DNA of 64,000 nucleotides from Octopus bimaculoides (lineage: Eukaryota): the NCBI RefSeq assembly GCF_001194135.2, contig NC_068986.1, forward strand, positions 45,719,444 to 45,783,443, given 5' to 3'. Position 1 is the stretch's first letter; each line of letters opens with the position of its first letter. A program made the translations under genes and the position numbers. The notes below the pieces were generated by a model, which saw nothing but the letters and a program-made list of their open reading frames with translations, ran no database searches and was not told the origin of the DNA. This document shows positions 41,466 to 54,898 of this stretch, in pieces.

Positions 41466-44008
41466 GCTAATGCTGCTGTTACATAATTAATGAAACAAAT
41501 AAGAATATATATGAGATCAAGAGTGAAAATACGTGATAGAGAGGAGAGAAGAAGCGAGAAGTAAGAGAGATGGTGGATTTTAAGCAACATACATTTCTTT
41601 GCATTGTTTTAAAATCTCTTTCCAGTTTAATGTAATTCTCATTCAATGTTATTCTTCGGTTGTATTCCTTTTTCTTTTCACTAGGCTTACTCTCACCATA
41701 GAAAACGGAACCACAGAGGGTAACAACTTAGAGCTTGTATGCTCGAAGCTTTTCAACATTTTCAAAGAAATTAAAAACTTTGTTTAGAGTGGATATAAAT
41801 GTATCAAAGAAGGATCTATGTACTCTACTTTAAGCAATTCCACTCAAGCCGATGTCACTTTCAGGAACGCAACTCGAAACAGTAATATCACTCTCTTTAA
41901 TTCAGCAAAACCTAACTAAAGAAAGGAAAAGGGCACTAGAAACTATTAATAATTGATACTATTATCATTTATATTTCTGACCACATGTTATTTAAATAAT
42001 TGCATTATAATGAATAAATTGAATATTAGGGTCTGTGGTTGTTGTTGTTTGAACTAATTGTATCTCTGGTTATTGTAAATAAATATCTTTTTGTGAATTG
42101 TGTAATATATAAGATTTTATATAAATATCATAAATAATAATTGATCTTAATTGTTATATATAATTATACGTGTTTGAGTATAAATATCTAAATTATATAA
42201 GGTGGTGCTCGAGTATTGTTACCAAAAGTATAAAGAAGAGAAATATAAGATAACACCATCTCTCACACTCACATGCACGCATGTACATAACGTCGCCATT
42301 ATTATGAGAAATCAAGTGTCCCAGATTTAAATTCTCTCATCTAGATTCGGTATAAAGAAATAGTCTGATGTCTTTTCGATATAAATCAGAAATAGTCTGT
42401 CTTTTCAGTTGACTATATCTCAGCGTTATAAATTTATGCTTTTTGTATCAATGCAAACTTCTCGTTTTCCCTTTTATCTACACGTATACAAAATATATTC
42501 ATTTAGTTAGATATTTAAATATATTAATTCACTTACAGACAAACAGTGTCTTTTTCCGTATTTTTTGGTGCCGTATCACATGCAGCTACATCACTCGAGT
42601 TACAATCAATTTCTTAAAAAAATTAAGACCATAAAGAAAAGTATAAAATAAGGTAGACTTTAGTGGTATACTGAAATAATATAAGAGGAAATTTTAGAAT
42701 TAGTAATAATTAGATATCTGCATATCGTAGCAAACACACAAATGCTCAATTAACAAGTGTTAAAACGAAAAAAATTTCTAAGTGATAATAGTCAAATCAT
42801 TCAAAATCAAGTTATTTCTAAAACTATTATATTGATCTCCGTATATTAGTCAAAAACAAAATGAAAATATACCAAGTGTTTTCTTTTTGATTTTAAAATA
42901 ATAATTTATGATTTTATTTGAATGGTATACCACCCCGTTTTTTGAAGGCGCGTGGCCTAATAGTTAGGGCGTTGTAATCACGATAGTTAGATCGTGGTTT
43001 CAATTCATAGACTAGCCGGCGTTGTATTCTCGAGAAAATCAATTAATTTCCTGTCCACTCAGCTTTAAATAATAACCTTGTGACGGATTAGAGTACACGA
43101 GTGAGATGGTGACTCAGGAGAATCATCCGAACAGACGTCTTGAGGGCTTACCACGTCGAAGATTTTTTGATTGATTGATAAGTATAACTTTGAAAGCGTT
43201 AGATAAAAGAACTTACTAAGACAAACATCGGTGTAGTACTTGTCCAACAACTCAAAATGCTTGGTACAGTCTTGTTGATATAAACAATGTTTCACATAGT
43301 TAAGGTCACTAAAAAAGTAAAGATATTTAAATTACCATTCAAAATTTTACATCAACAAAAAACAAAAGTAACATGTTTTATGTATTTCTAATCATACGTT
43401 ATCGAATCACTAAGGTCTACATTTGTATGCTCTAAATGAAAGGTTCTCAACAGATAGAGGAGACATATGCCCCCACCCACCCCGGGAGCTATTTGGAACT
43501 CGAAGGGGTGCCTTTTGGGGAAAGGGACACTAGGGAGGCGTTAAGAGACCTGGGGTGCGAGGTGGCACTGGAAGTTCCTCAACTTTAATAAGTTTAATTT
43601 GAAATTAATGAGTAGTAGCCATATTTTCACGTCTCCGCGACACTCAATTTTAAGAAAACCATGCCTTTTTGTTTCAAATTTCCAAAAACTTAAAAAATAC
43701 TTTTTTCCCTTTGACGACACCAAGCAAATTCTAAAAACAGATGAATGGTGACAGACGACTAAAAGAGAAAAGTAATGAATAAAAGCGAAAAGCTGAATCT
43801 GTATGTATGTGTGTATTCATGTGCAAATATATAAAGAATTGTGGTCAGAACTTTGAATCAAACTGGCTTTTGGGAGTGGTTGATAAGTATGTATCGTGTA
43901 TGTGTGTGTATGTATGGGTACGTTTGTATGTATATGATTGCGTGTATTACCATCTTGAATTCCTTTCTGCGATTGAACTTAAGTTGGGCTTGGATATGAA
44001 AGACCCAA

Positions 44009-44076
<68 letters not shown>

Positions 44077-44661
44077 NNNNNNNNNNNNNNNNNNNNNNNN
44101 NNNNNNNNNNNNNNNNNNNNNNNNNNNNNNNNNNNNNNNNNNNNNNNNNNNNNNNNNNNNNNNNNNNNNNNNNNNNNNNNNNNNNNNNNNNNNNNNNNNN
44201 NNNNNNNNNNNNNNNNNNNNNNNNNNNNNNNNNNNNNNNNNNNNNNNNNNNNNNNNNNNNNNNNNNNNNNNNNNNNNNNNNNNNNNNNNNNNNNNNNNNN
44301 NNNNNNNNNNNNNNNNNNNNNNNNNNNNNNNNNNNNNNNNNNNNNNNNNNNNNNNNNNNNNNNNNNNNNNNNNNNNNNNNNNNNNNNNNNNNNNNNNNNN
44401 NNNNNNNNNNNNNNNNNNNNNNNNNNNNNNNNNNNNNNNNNNNNNNNNNNNNNNNNNNNNNNNNNNNNNNNNNNNNNNNNNNNNNNNNNNNNNNNNNNNN
44501 NNNNNNNNNNNNNNNNNNNNNNNNNNNNNNNNNNNNNNNNNNNNNNNNNNNNNNNNNNNNNNNNNNNNNNNNNNNNNNNNNNNNNNNNNNNNNNNNNNNN
44601 NNNNNNNNNNNNNNNNNNNNNNNNNNNNNNNNNNNNNNNNNNNNNNNNNNNNNNNNNNNNN

Positions 44662-44721
<60 letters not shown>

Positions 44722-45668
44722 ACATATATATTGTGGGGGCATAATGGCCCAGTGGTTAGGGCGGTGAATTCGCGGTCTTAAAATTGCGGTTTCGATTCCC
44801 TGACCGAGCGTTGTGAGCGAAAACGCCTAAAGCTCCACGAAACTCCGGAAGGGGATGGTGACGAACCCTGCTATACTCTTTCTCTCACTCTTTCTCCTTG
44901 TGTCTGTTGTACTTGTATTTCAAAGTGTCAGTCTTGTTACACTCTGTGTCACGCTGAATCTCCCCGAGAACTACGTTAATAGTACACATGTCTGTGAAGT
45001 TAATTTGACGAGCAGGCTGTTCTGTTGATTGGATCAACTGGAACCCTCATCGTTGTAACCAACGGAGTACCACTAAAAGAAAAAAAAGAACTATGTATAT
45101 GAATGGGAGGAATTACGATGTAAGCACGTGCTAAAACCTCTCATACCTTCTTTATCTTTATGAATTTTTACAAGTGTTTTTTTCGATTTTGTCATCGATT
45201 CTGTCTTCTGCATAATGGAATTGATACGATTATGCAACACCCCAACCAATTTTTTTTAATACGGACAATCCGAATCTGCCATTCATTTCTCTTTATAATT
45301 TCCAAATAGTCTTTTAATACTTTTCTGGAAGAGAGTCAATTGACTGCCTTCACACTTATTTACATAATCCTGGACTTTAAATGTAAAATGCCAGTGACAT
45401 GCTGCATGTTTAGCAGACAGACAACCGTCCAGTGGTACGACATATAGTCCAAGTACACGAAAGCCTTCTTTTTAAGAGGAAACATGATGTTGGAAAAGTG
45501 GTGAAGAAGTTTGGGATAGTTGTGATTGTCTTAACCGACGGTGTGCTAGTTTTTTTATGTGCATGTGCATTAATAAGGATATAATTAAAACAATTGGTAT
45601 ACACCCACGTATATATACATAGATACATACATACGTACATACATACATGCATAAACACACACACACAC

Positions 45669-45715
<47 letters not shown>

Positions 45716-47558
45716 AATATCAGAAAATCAATATTAGAAAATTCTTCAGAAAGATATATACGTGTGTAAAATAATTGTTTTATTAAAATATAAATATATA
45801 TGAATATATGTAAATATGTATAAGTATAAATATACAATAATAAATATGAGAGTTTAAAAGTTTTGAATTAAGTTTTTAAAGCATCTTACGATTGTTTCGT
45901 TGAAGTGTTGTCCCTATAATGGAATCCTATATTGATAAGCATTTAGAGAGAGCTCTTCTGCTCTTCAGAGATATAAAATTTGAAATTTGTATAATTTATC
46001 GAATGGAATATAAGACAATATAATGTATTTTATACATAATTATTATGGATTACTACAGAAGAATTACCAAGGAGGCATATATGAATTTCAAGATTCTCAT
46101 ACTAAAGTGTACTTACCAAAATCAAAAGCAGTAATTTTTAATTTATATTTCAAACAAACACCATTTTCCCATATTATTTCATATTAAAAAAAAAAACTGC
46201 CATTCGTTAAATTATACAAATTTCACATTTGATATTTCTGAGGAGCAGAAAAGTTATCTATAAATGCTTATCAATATAGGATTTCATTATAGGAACAGCA
46301 CTTCTGCCAAACGATCGTACGATGCTTTAAAAACTTAATTCAAAACTTTTAAACTGTCATATTTATTATTATATATTTATACTTATACATATTTACATAT
46401 ATTTATATATACTCTTTTACTCTTTTATTGTCTAAGTCTATGAACTATAATTGGAATACAGGACAATATAATGGATTTTACACATAATTATTATGGATTA
46501 TTACAGAAGACTTACCAAGGAAGCATATATGGATTTAAAGACTCTCATACTAAAGTGTACTTACCAAAATCAACAGCAGTAATTTTTAATTTTTAATTTA
46601 TATTTCAAACAAACACCATTTTACCATATTACTTCATATTAAAAAAAAAAAACTACCATTCGATAAATTGCACAAATTTCATATTTTATATATCTGAAGA
46701 GCAGAAGAATTGTCTATAAATGCTTATCAATATAGGATTCCATTATAGGAACAGCACTTCTGCCAAACGATCGTACGATGCTTTAAAAACTTAATTCAAA
46801 ACTTTTAAACTGTCATATTTATTATTATATATTTATACTTATACATATTTACATATATTTATATATACTCTTTTACTCTTTTACTCTTTTACTTGTTTCA
46901 GTCTTTTGACTGTGGCCATGCTGGAGCACCGCCTTTAGTCGAGCAAATCGACCCCAGGACTTATTCTTTGGAAGCCTAGTACTTATTCTATCGGTTTTTT
47001 TTGCCGAACCGCTAAGTTACAGGGACGTAAACACAACACTATCGATTGTCAAGCGATGTTGGGGGGACAAACACATACACAAACACATATATATATATAC
47101 ATATATACGACGGGATTCTTTTCAGTTTCCGCCTACCAAATCCACTCACAAGGCTTGGGTCGACCCAAGGCTATAGTAGAAGACACTTGCCCAAGATGCC
47201 ACGTAGTGTGACTGAACCCGGAACCATGTGGTTGGTAAGCAAGCTATCTTTAATACAACAATTATTTTACACACGTATATATCTTTCTGAAAATTTTTCT
47301 AATATTGATTTCCTGATATTAATAATAATATATTATAACATATATATATATATAATCGCTCGTATTAAATACATAAACACTATAAAAGTATTAATACTTT
47401 GATACAATAGAGCACTCAATATAAATTGAGTATATAATATTCTCANNNNNNNNNNAATCACCGAACCTCGAGCTTAACTATGGTCTATCCGTAGCACTTA
47501 CTCAGCATTACCTGAAACCTCTGGGTCTAATTGACACCACTACCGCTCATAACCCCTG

Positions 47559-47596
<38 letters not shown>

Positions 47597-49180
47597 TATA
47601 CATATAAAACAAAGCCTAATGGTGAGAATTTAAAAAAACTTTAGGGGCAAATGGTTTTCACTATGAATTTCAATTTAATCGGAATCTACACGATCTGAAG
47701 TATATTTGTAGAAAAGAAATATTTTAATTTTCTCGAGGTTATGAAGAAGCAAATATTCATATATACGCAAAGATGTATATAAAACTAACTCTGTATGTAT
47801 GTGCATGTGTGTATATTCGTATGCTTCTGTATGCGTTTATATATGTATATGTGTAAGTTTCAGAAGATGTTAGAATAATGGAATAAAAGTAAGTCATAAT
47901 AAAAGATCTCCCAAAAACTACTGTTTCTGGCACAGATATTTACGCAATTTTGATTTTGAAGCATTTAAAAAATTATTTGGAAATTATAAAGAGAAACAAA
48001 TGGTAGATTCGGACTGTCCGTATTTTAAAACCACGAATTTAAAAAAAGATTGTGAGTGTGTCAAATTCTTTCTCCAGAAGTTTATGGTTTCACAGGAATA
48101 AGCGTGGAAAACTGCATCAATATAACCAATTTTCGGATTTTTTTACTTCCTTTTAAAAAATGCAAATTTTGTGAATGAAACAAACTAGATCCTGAATAAG
48201 AAATGAATGTTTAATATGACAAATTTTCAGAATATTTTACGTCATTTTAAAAGAGAGCTGATTTTGTGACACAAACTAACTAGATCCAAGTATAGTAAAT
48301 ACCATCCACCACAATTTTCTACTCATATGAAGTACATATGTATTTCAACAATTTCTATCAAATACACTTTCTTTCTTGAGCATAAAATGTCCTCTTCCCG
48401 AGTGACTACTTATATGTCAGATTGTTGCACAAGTTCTAGCCGCTTTGATAAGGGAAATCGGAAAGCTTTGAAATGATTTCATTAGCATTTACTTGTACCA
48501 AAGAGAACCTTTTCGATAGACAACACGTTGATTTCATAAGTGTTGCGTAGTGTAAATAAATGCAATTACCAAACTTTCAATTTATTATTTGTTTTTTTTT
48601 TATTGCTTCTCAGTTTCTACATCTGTACTCCCGATTGCGTACAAGCGCATATGTAAAACGACGTCCTATATTTTTTAAATCAATATCTACTGATATCAAA
48701 ATAAGTGATATATTTTAAAATAAAACATTTTCTAGGGGGTGGAGGGCATTTGTGACTCTAAGGGTCAAAAGCTGGCGTTTGGCCAAAATGGGTTGAGAAT
48801 CTTTGCTTTAAATAAATTCTAAATTATACATTCCTATATAATTATATTCTTTTCTACTCTAAGCACAAGGTACGAAATTTTTGGGGAGGGGCCCAGTCGG
48901 TTAGATCGACCTAGTATGTAACTGGTACTTAATTTATCGACCCCGAAAGGATGAAAGGCAAAGTCGATTTTGGCGGAATTTGAACTCAGAACGTAAAGAC
49001 AGACGAAATACCGTTAATCATTTCGCCCGGCGTGCTAACGTTTCTGCCAATTCGCCGCTTTCCTATATAATTATATTAACACAGATACCCATCACATGTA
49101 CATACATACATACACATACATGCATACATACATGCATACATACATGCATACATACATACATACATACATACATACGTACG

Positions 49181-49221
<41 letters not shown>

Positions 49222-52114
49222 GCACCAGACCAGATGACTACATCCATGGCCAAACCTTCGATCCTATTATTGTATGAAATCAGAAGAGGAAGTTATCGAG
49301 CGTAATATCCAACAGAGAGTATCAAAAACAGTAATAAAAGTGTCTAGACTCAAAATCCCGACCTCTGCTGTGGTTGAAAAGAGTCCTTGAAAACATAGAA
49401 TATACTCTAAAGAAGACGCGCTATTCTAGTCGCCTTCAACTGTACCAATAAAAGGCTTTGTACTACGATCTTCTTACACCTAATCAACGCATTCAAATCT
49501 CTCAAAGCGCAAGCAACGCAAACTCGGTCACCATATGAAGTTTTAATAGAGACCAAATCTGTATCTCAAATACTTGAATTCCTCGGTGGCGAGAGAAAAT
49601 ATTTCAGCCATGATCAGTTTTGATTTACACCAAAGTCAATAAAACCGTAATTGTATTACTACTGACGTATTTGAAGCGGAGCTGTTGTTACACACACCTT
49701 AGATAACTTCTAGAAAGACTAGTCAACGAGGCGAGGGAAGCTCTATGTTGTTGCTTGATCTATCAGAAATAACAGCCAGTTTCTCTCAATTCACATCCTG
49801 CTGTCTTAAGAAAAAGGCGGACATATTGGCATTGTATACACAGGCATTGTATACACAAACACATACACGCGCACACACACACACACACACACACGCACGC
49901 ATCCCCCCACAAACAGATACATACACACACACATTCATATCTGCAAGGATGGATCAAAAGAATATTAAAGAATATCATTCTACCTTTAATCGATCCACCC
50001 TGAAACTATCTTATTCTACTTCACCCAACTTCGAATCTATTGTAGTAGCCTCTAATAAGCAAAAGCTCATTCTTTACTATCAAAACTCACATAACTACAA
50101 CACACACACAACTCCAGCACAGATACCCTTATATTAGACCACAACCACAACCCAACCCATCCTACTGACACTGCCCCGGGACACCACCACAATCTCTACC
50201 ACCCTTACAAATAGTGCAATTAATAACAACAATAGTAATAATAGCAATGTTGGTAATGATAACGGTAATAATACTAATAATATAGAATTTTCTACCCCTT
50301 TCTATAACCTCTCCTCTGACGATACTACCTCCTCTATTACTGAGCACACTCCCCAAAATTCACCTAATTGTAATTGCCGTCTCCCCATTACAGATGGAAC
50401 CATCTGCCCGTTACAAACCCATTGCAAAAGATATAATGTAATTTACAAATGCACTGTCCTTTATCTATTACACAACTCTACAGCCATATACATAGGATCA
50501 ACCAAACATTTTAAGCAACGATATGCCGCTCACTTCCATTCTTTTAGATACGATAAACATAGTAAATCTACAACACTTGCTAACCAGATACATCATCTCA
50601 AAAATACAAATATACCCTATACTCTATCATGGTCAATACTGGACTCAGGACTTCCCTACCGAGGTCAACGCTCAACTCTCCAGCACTGCTAAATAAACAT
50701 AATGAGGCACTAAGCACATGCATAGAACAAAGATGCAGTGTGTTTATCAGAAAATGGCTAGGTCTTCCAAAACTGCTGAATACAACTGCACTATGTGGAA
50801 AGCCCGTGATGAAACTACCGATAACATCAATCGTCGAAGACTATGAGGCAGGAAATAGGTGAGGACGCTAATGATGCTAAGGTGTATTCGAAAGATCAGA
50901 ACATCCGAGAAAATCCTCCAGAGGTAGGAATAGGGAAGAAATGGAAAGCGGAAGAAGCAGTAAATAGTGCGATCAGAAAGCGACGGTGAGATATGTTCTG
51001 TCAAACTGCAGGCTAGCATTAGACAAATATACATGACGTCACAACCAAGTTCTCGGTGTCATAAGTGCACCACTCAAGGGGGAAATCGAGAGATAGAATA
51101 GGGGTGAGAACCTAAAAGTGAAAAAACGCTGAAGAATATACTTCAAGAAGGTAAAAGGATATAAGACTAGGCCTTCAAAAAAAGTATACGAGACAGATGA
51201 AATAGGGAAAGGATACTGGGAGCTGGCCGCGGATTTGGAAAGATTATTAATATGTCCACTCATAAAATCAACAAAAAGACCAGACTTAATCTTATGGAAT
51301 ACAGACCGGAAAATTGGAATTTTACTATAACTGGCAGTGCCGTGGGAAGAGAACATCTCTAATGCAGAGCAACGGAAAGAGAGGAGGTATGGAAAATTAA
51401 TCGAAGAGTGCGGGGAACAGGGGTGGACTGTCGAGTATTACCACCTGGCAGTGGGGCTAGAGGCTTCATTGAAAGGAAAATAGTAATGTTATTTAAAAGA
51501 AGATTTGCATTTTTAAAGCACAGAACTGAGAAAAGTAATAAAGAAGATACAGGAGGCAGTCAACAGGGCCAGCTTCTATATATGGCTGAAACGAAAAGAC
51601 ACGAAATGGTTCGAAAGCCATACTATGCCGACTGAGAGATAGCGTCGCCAGGTGAGACTGGCTGGTATTTACACAGCGTTGCTGCTTGACGGCTGGGCCG
51701 AGGGAACCATCTCGTTCATTGCGCGCCTTTCCCCTCCTTTAGTCAGTAGACTGCGCCACGTGACAGTCAGTCGATGCGGGCTGTTGAAGCTCAGATTGTG
51801 ACAGTTACCTGGCGCTAGTTGTCGGAGCCTACCGGCGAGTATATAAAGGGCAATTGGCAAGGTGGTCATTTGCCCGCTGACATTCGTTGACGTTGCATGG
51901 AAGACGATGCGATCAAAGAAAAACCATGCAGCCTATGGAGCTTTCCAAATGGCACACCTAAACAAATATTACTTCGATACTTTTTTGTCATTATGAAGCA
52001 TATCTCACATAGCCCATTTCTCGAGAGGGGTGCCCATGCTTGATATAGATCCACAATATCCTATTTACTCGGCTTGTATTGGACGTATCATTGGCAAATT
52101 CCAGAGTGAGAGAG

Positions 52115-52206
<92 letters not shown>

Positions 52207-54841
52207 GGGAGGGAGAGAACGAGAGAGGGAGAGAAGTCACTAGTGCTTCCTTTTGAATAAGGCAGAGACATGGAGGAGGAAAGCAACTGAGAACGAAGAG
52301 AAACTCCCTAGAAAATAGTAAAAATGAATTCATGTTACATAATTACAATATTAGGTATAGCTGCAGGCGGTTTCGTGAGATGTCCGCATGGATAACAATA
52401 AAAGCATGATTATACCCAAATGAATCCAAACGTTCCTTGATAGCATCAATGTTACTTGGCATATTAGAGGCAGCGGTATTGTCGGAAGGTACCGAAAACC
52501 ATATAATTTCCAAATGACAGTGTCCTATAGCGTAAGCTAAGGAAAAATATGTGTTATGTTTATATAGGAGTAAGTACTATTCTTGTTTAGTCTCAGATCA
52601 TCTCATAGTGCTTTCCTATCTAAAGTATTGGGTCATTCCATAAATAATGCGGTTTTTTCAATTGCATGAACTAGAAGTCGGAGGGGGAGGGATAAACTAC
52701 TTGCATCAACTTGCTATAAAAATTGGTAGTAATTTTACCTTGTGCTTATTCTTAGTGCAAATTTTGAAGAGTGTTGTTCGATTTTAACAGTTATTTTTTC
52801 AAAGCTATAATGGAAGTGACAAAGGAGCATATTCGGCATATTTTGCTTTATGAGCTCAATAAAGGCAACAACGCAACGGAAAGCGTGAGGAATATTAATG
52901 CATATGTGGGGATCGGACAATAAGCGTAAGTCAGTGTCAACGGTGGTTCCAGAAATTAGGCCTCGCCCTAGAAGATCTGTAGAGCTCGACGAGGACGTCT
53001 TGCAAACTCTGGTGGAACAAAATTCCATCGTAACTGTTGAGGAACTAGTAGAGAAGGTTGGATTTGCTCATTCAGTCATTCATCGACACCTGCAAATTGA
53101 GTCAACGGGTTCCTCACAAACTTTCCGTGTCTAATCGCGCGCAGAGAGTGAATGTCTGCTCTTCTTTGCTGTCACGTCTCACGAATGAAACTTCTTTTTA
53201 GACCGAATAGTGTCTGGTGACAAGAAATGGTTTCACTATAAAAATGTCAAGCGCTGAAGACAGTAATTAGGGAAAGGAGAAACACTGGCATCCCAGGCTA
53301 AAGAAGTTGGTGTTATCTGTTTGGTGAGAAAAAAAAAAACGTTTAGTCTACTTTGAACTTTTAAACTCAAACCAAACGATAACAAAGGAGATCTGCTGCG
53401 AGCAGCTTGAGCGGATTAAGTCAGTGCTAGAAGAAAAGCGACTATCTTTAGTTTCAAGAGTATTCTTCCATCAGGATAATGCTCGGCCACATACAGTGAA
53501 GATGACATTCCAAAGGTTAGAGCAGCTTTAATGGGAAACGATGCCCTACCCACCATATTCATCAGACATTGCCCCATCTGATTATCATTCATTCTGCAGT
53601 CTTTAAATACATTTGGACGGAAAAAGATATGAATTCTGTAGACGAGGTCAGAACAGTACTGGAAGAGTATGTTTCGTCACAGACAAGTGAATTTTGGAAG
53701 AGAGGCCTTGCAAGTCTACCAGATAGATGGAAGAGCATTGTTGAAAATGAGGGAGAGTATGTTTTAGATTAAAAAAGAACTTTGTTTATCTTAATTCTGA
53801 AAAATAAAAGATGCATAAAAAAGCGCGTTATTTATGGGATGACCCAATAGTTTTGTCTATGTGTTCTGAATACTTTCGTTTATGTATCGCTAACTATTTG
53901 AGACTGATGATATCTGACTTATGTATCAATATTATTTTTTTTATCGTATTCATATCTTCCATCTGACTATTTGAATTCACACACATTAAATACATCCAGT
54001 AGGGGTTACGTATCACTAGATACTCGATTTTCACATTCAGATAAAAGCGTATAAGAGAATTCTCATCGCATAGGTGCAACATTTTTAGTTCATTCTTACA
54101 ATGTATTTCTACTAATTCTTTTCGTGTTTTATAGAACAATTGTGATATAATTGTGATAACAAATCACGTAGGCTGAACTATTGTTAATGGTTTTGACTGT
54201 GATCTCTTCGTTACGTTATTTTGAGAGCAGCTAGTTCAATATCATCTTAACTTACATGAAATACATGACATGGAAATGCATGACAATTCGGATATTGTAT
54301 CTAATCTTACCTGCATGAATTTAACTTTGAACTTCTACAAATCTGAATGTTACTTGTTTTACAATCTTTGGCTTCCTCCTCTATAAAGATAACAAAAAAT
54401 AAAAGCAATGTCATAATTTGAAAGTATAGCCGTTACGTTCGTAATTATATAAATGCGCACGTTTCGATTCGAAAACTGATGAAAGGGATCTTATTTCATC
54501 AGAACTATGTTCCAGCACACAAGTCTTTACTCTCAATGGCTGCTATGCGTGACTGACTTTGAACTGGTTGATCACCTTCCCTATTCTCTTGATTTGTCCT
54601 CATCTAACTATCATCTATTACCCAGCATGAACAAACACTTGACTAGGAACCAGTGTTGCAGAGCTGATAACGTCATATCTGCTGATCAACAGGACGAAAC
54701 TTCTTCACTAATGGGTTCCAAACACTGCAACACCAATGAAAGAAGTGCGTGAACCAAAAGAGGGACTATGTAGAAAAATAAGCCTCATTTGGTCACATTC
54801 CATGAGAGTATCTTGATCAGCCTATAGACGTTTCAACTACC

Positions 54842-54898
<57 letters not shown>

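Noticed and set aside
43807-44781. Long ORFs spanning N runs (also at 11465-12083, 16547-17151 and 59993-60753)
   Set aside because: They read through assembly gaps and dinucleotide repeats.
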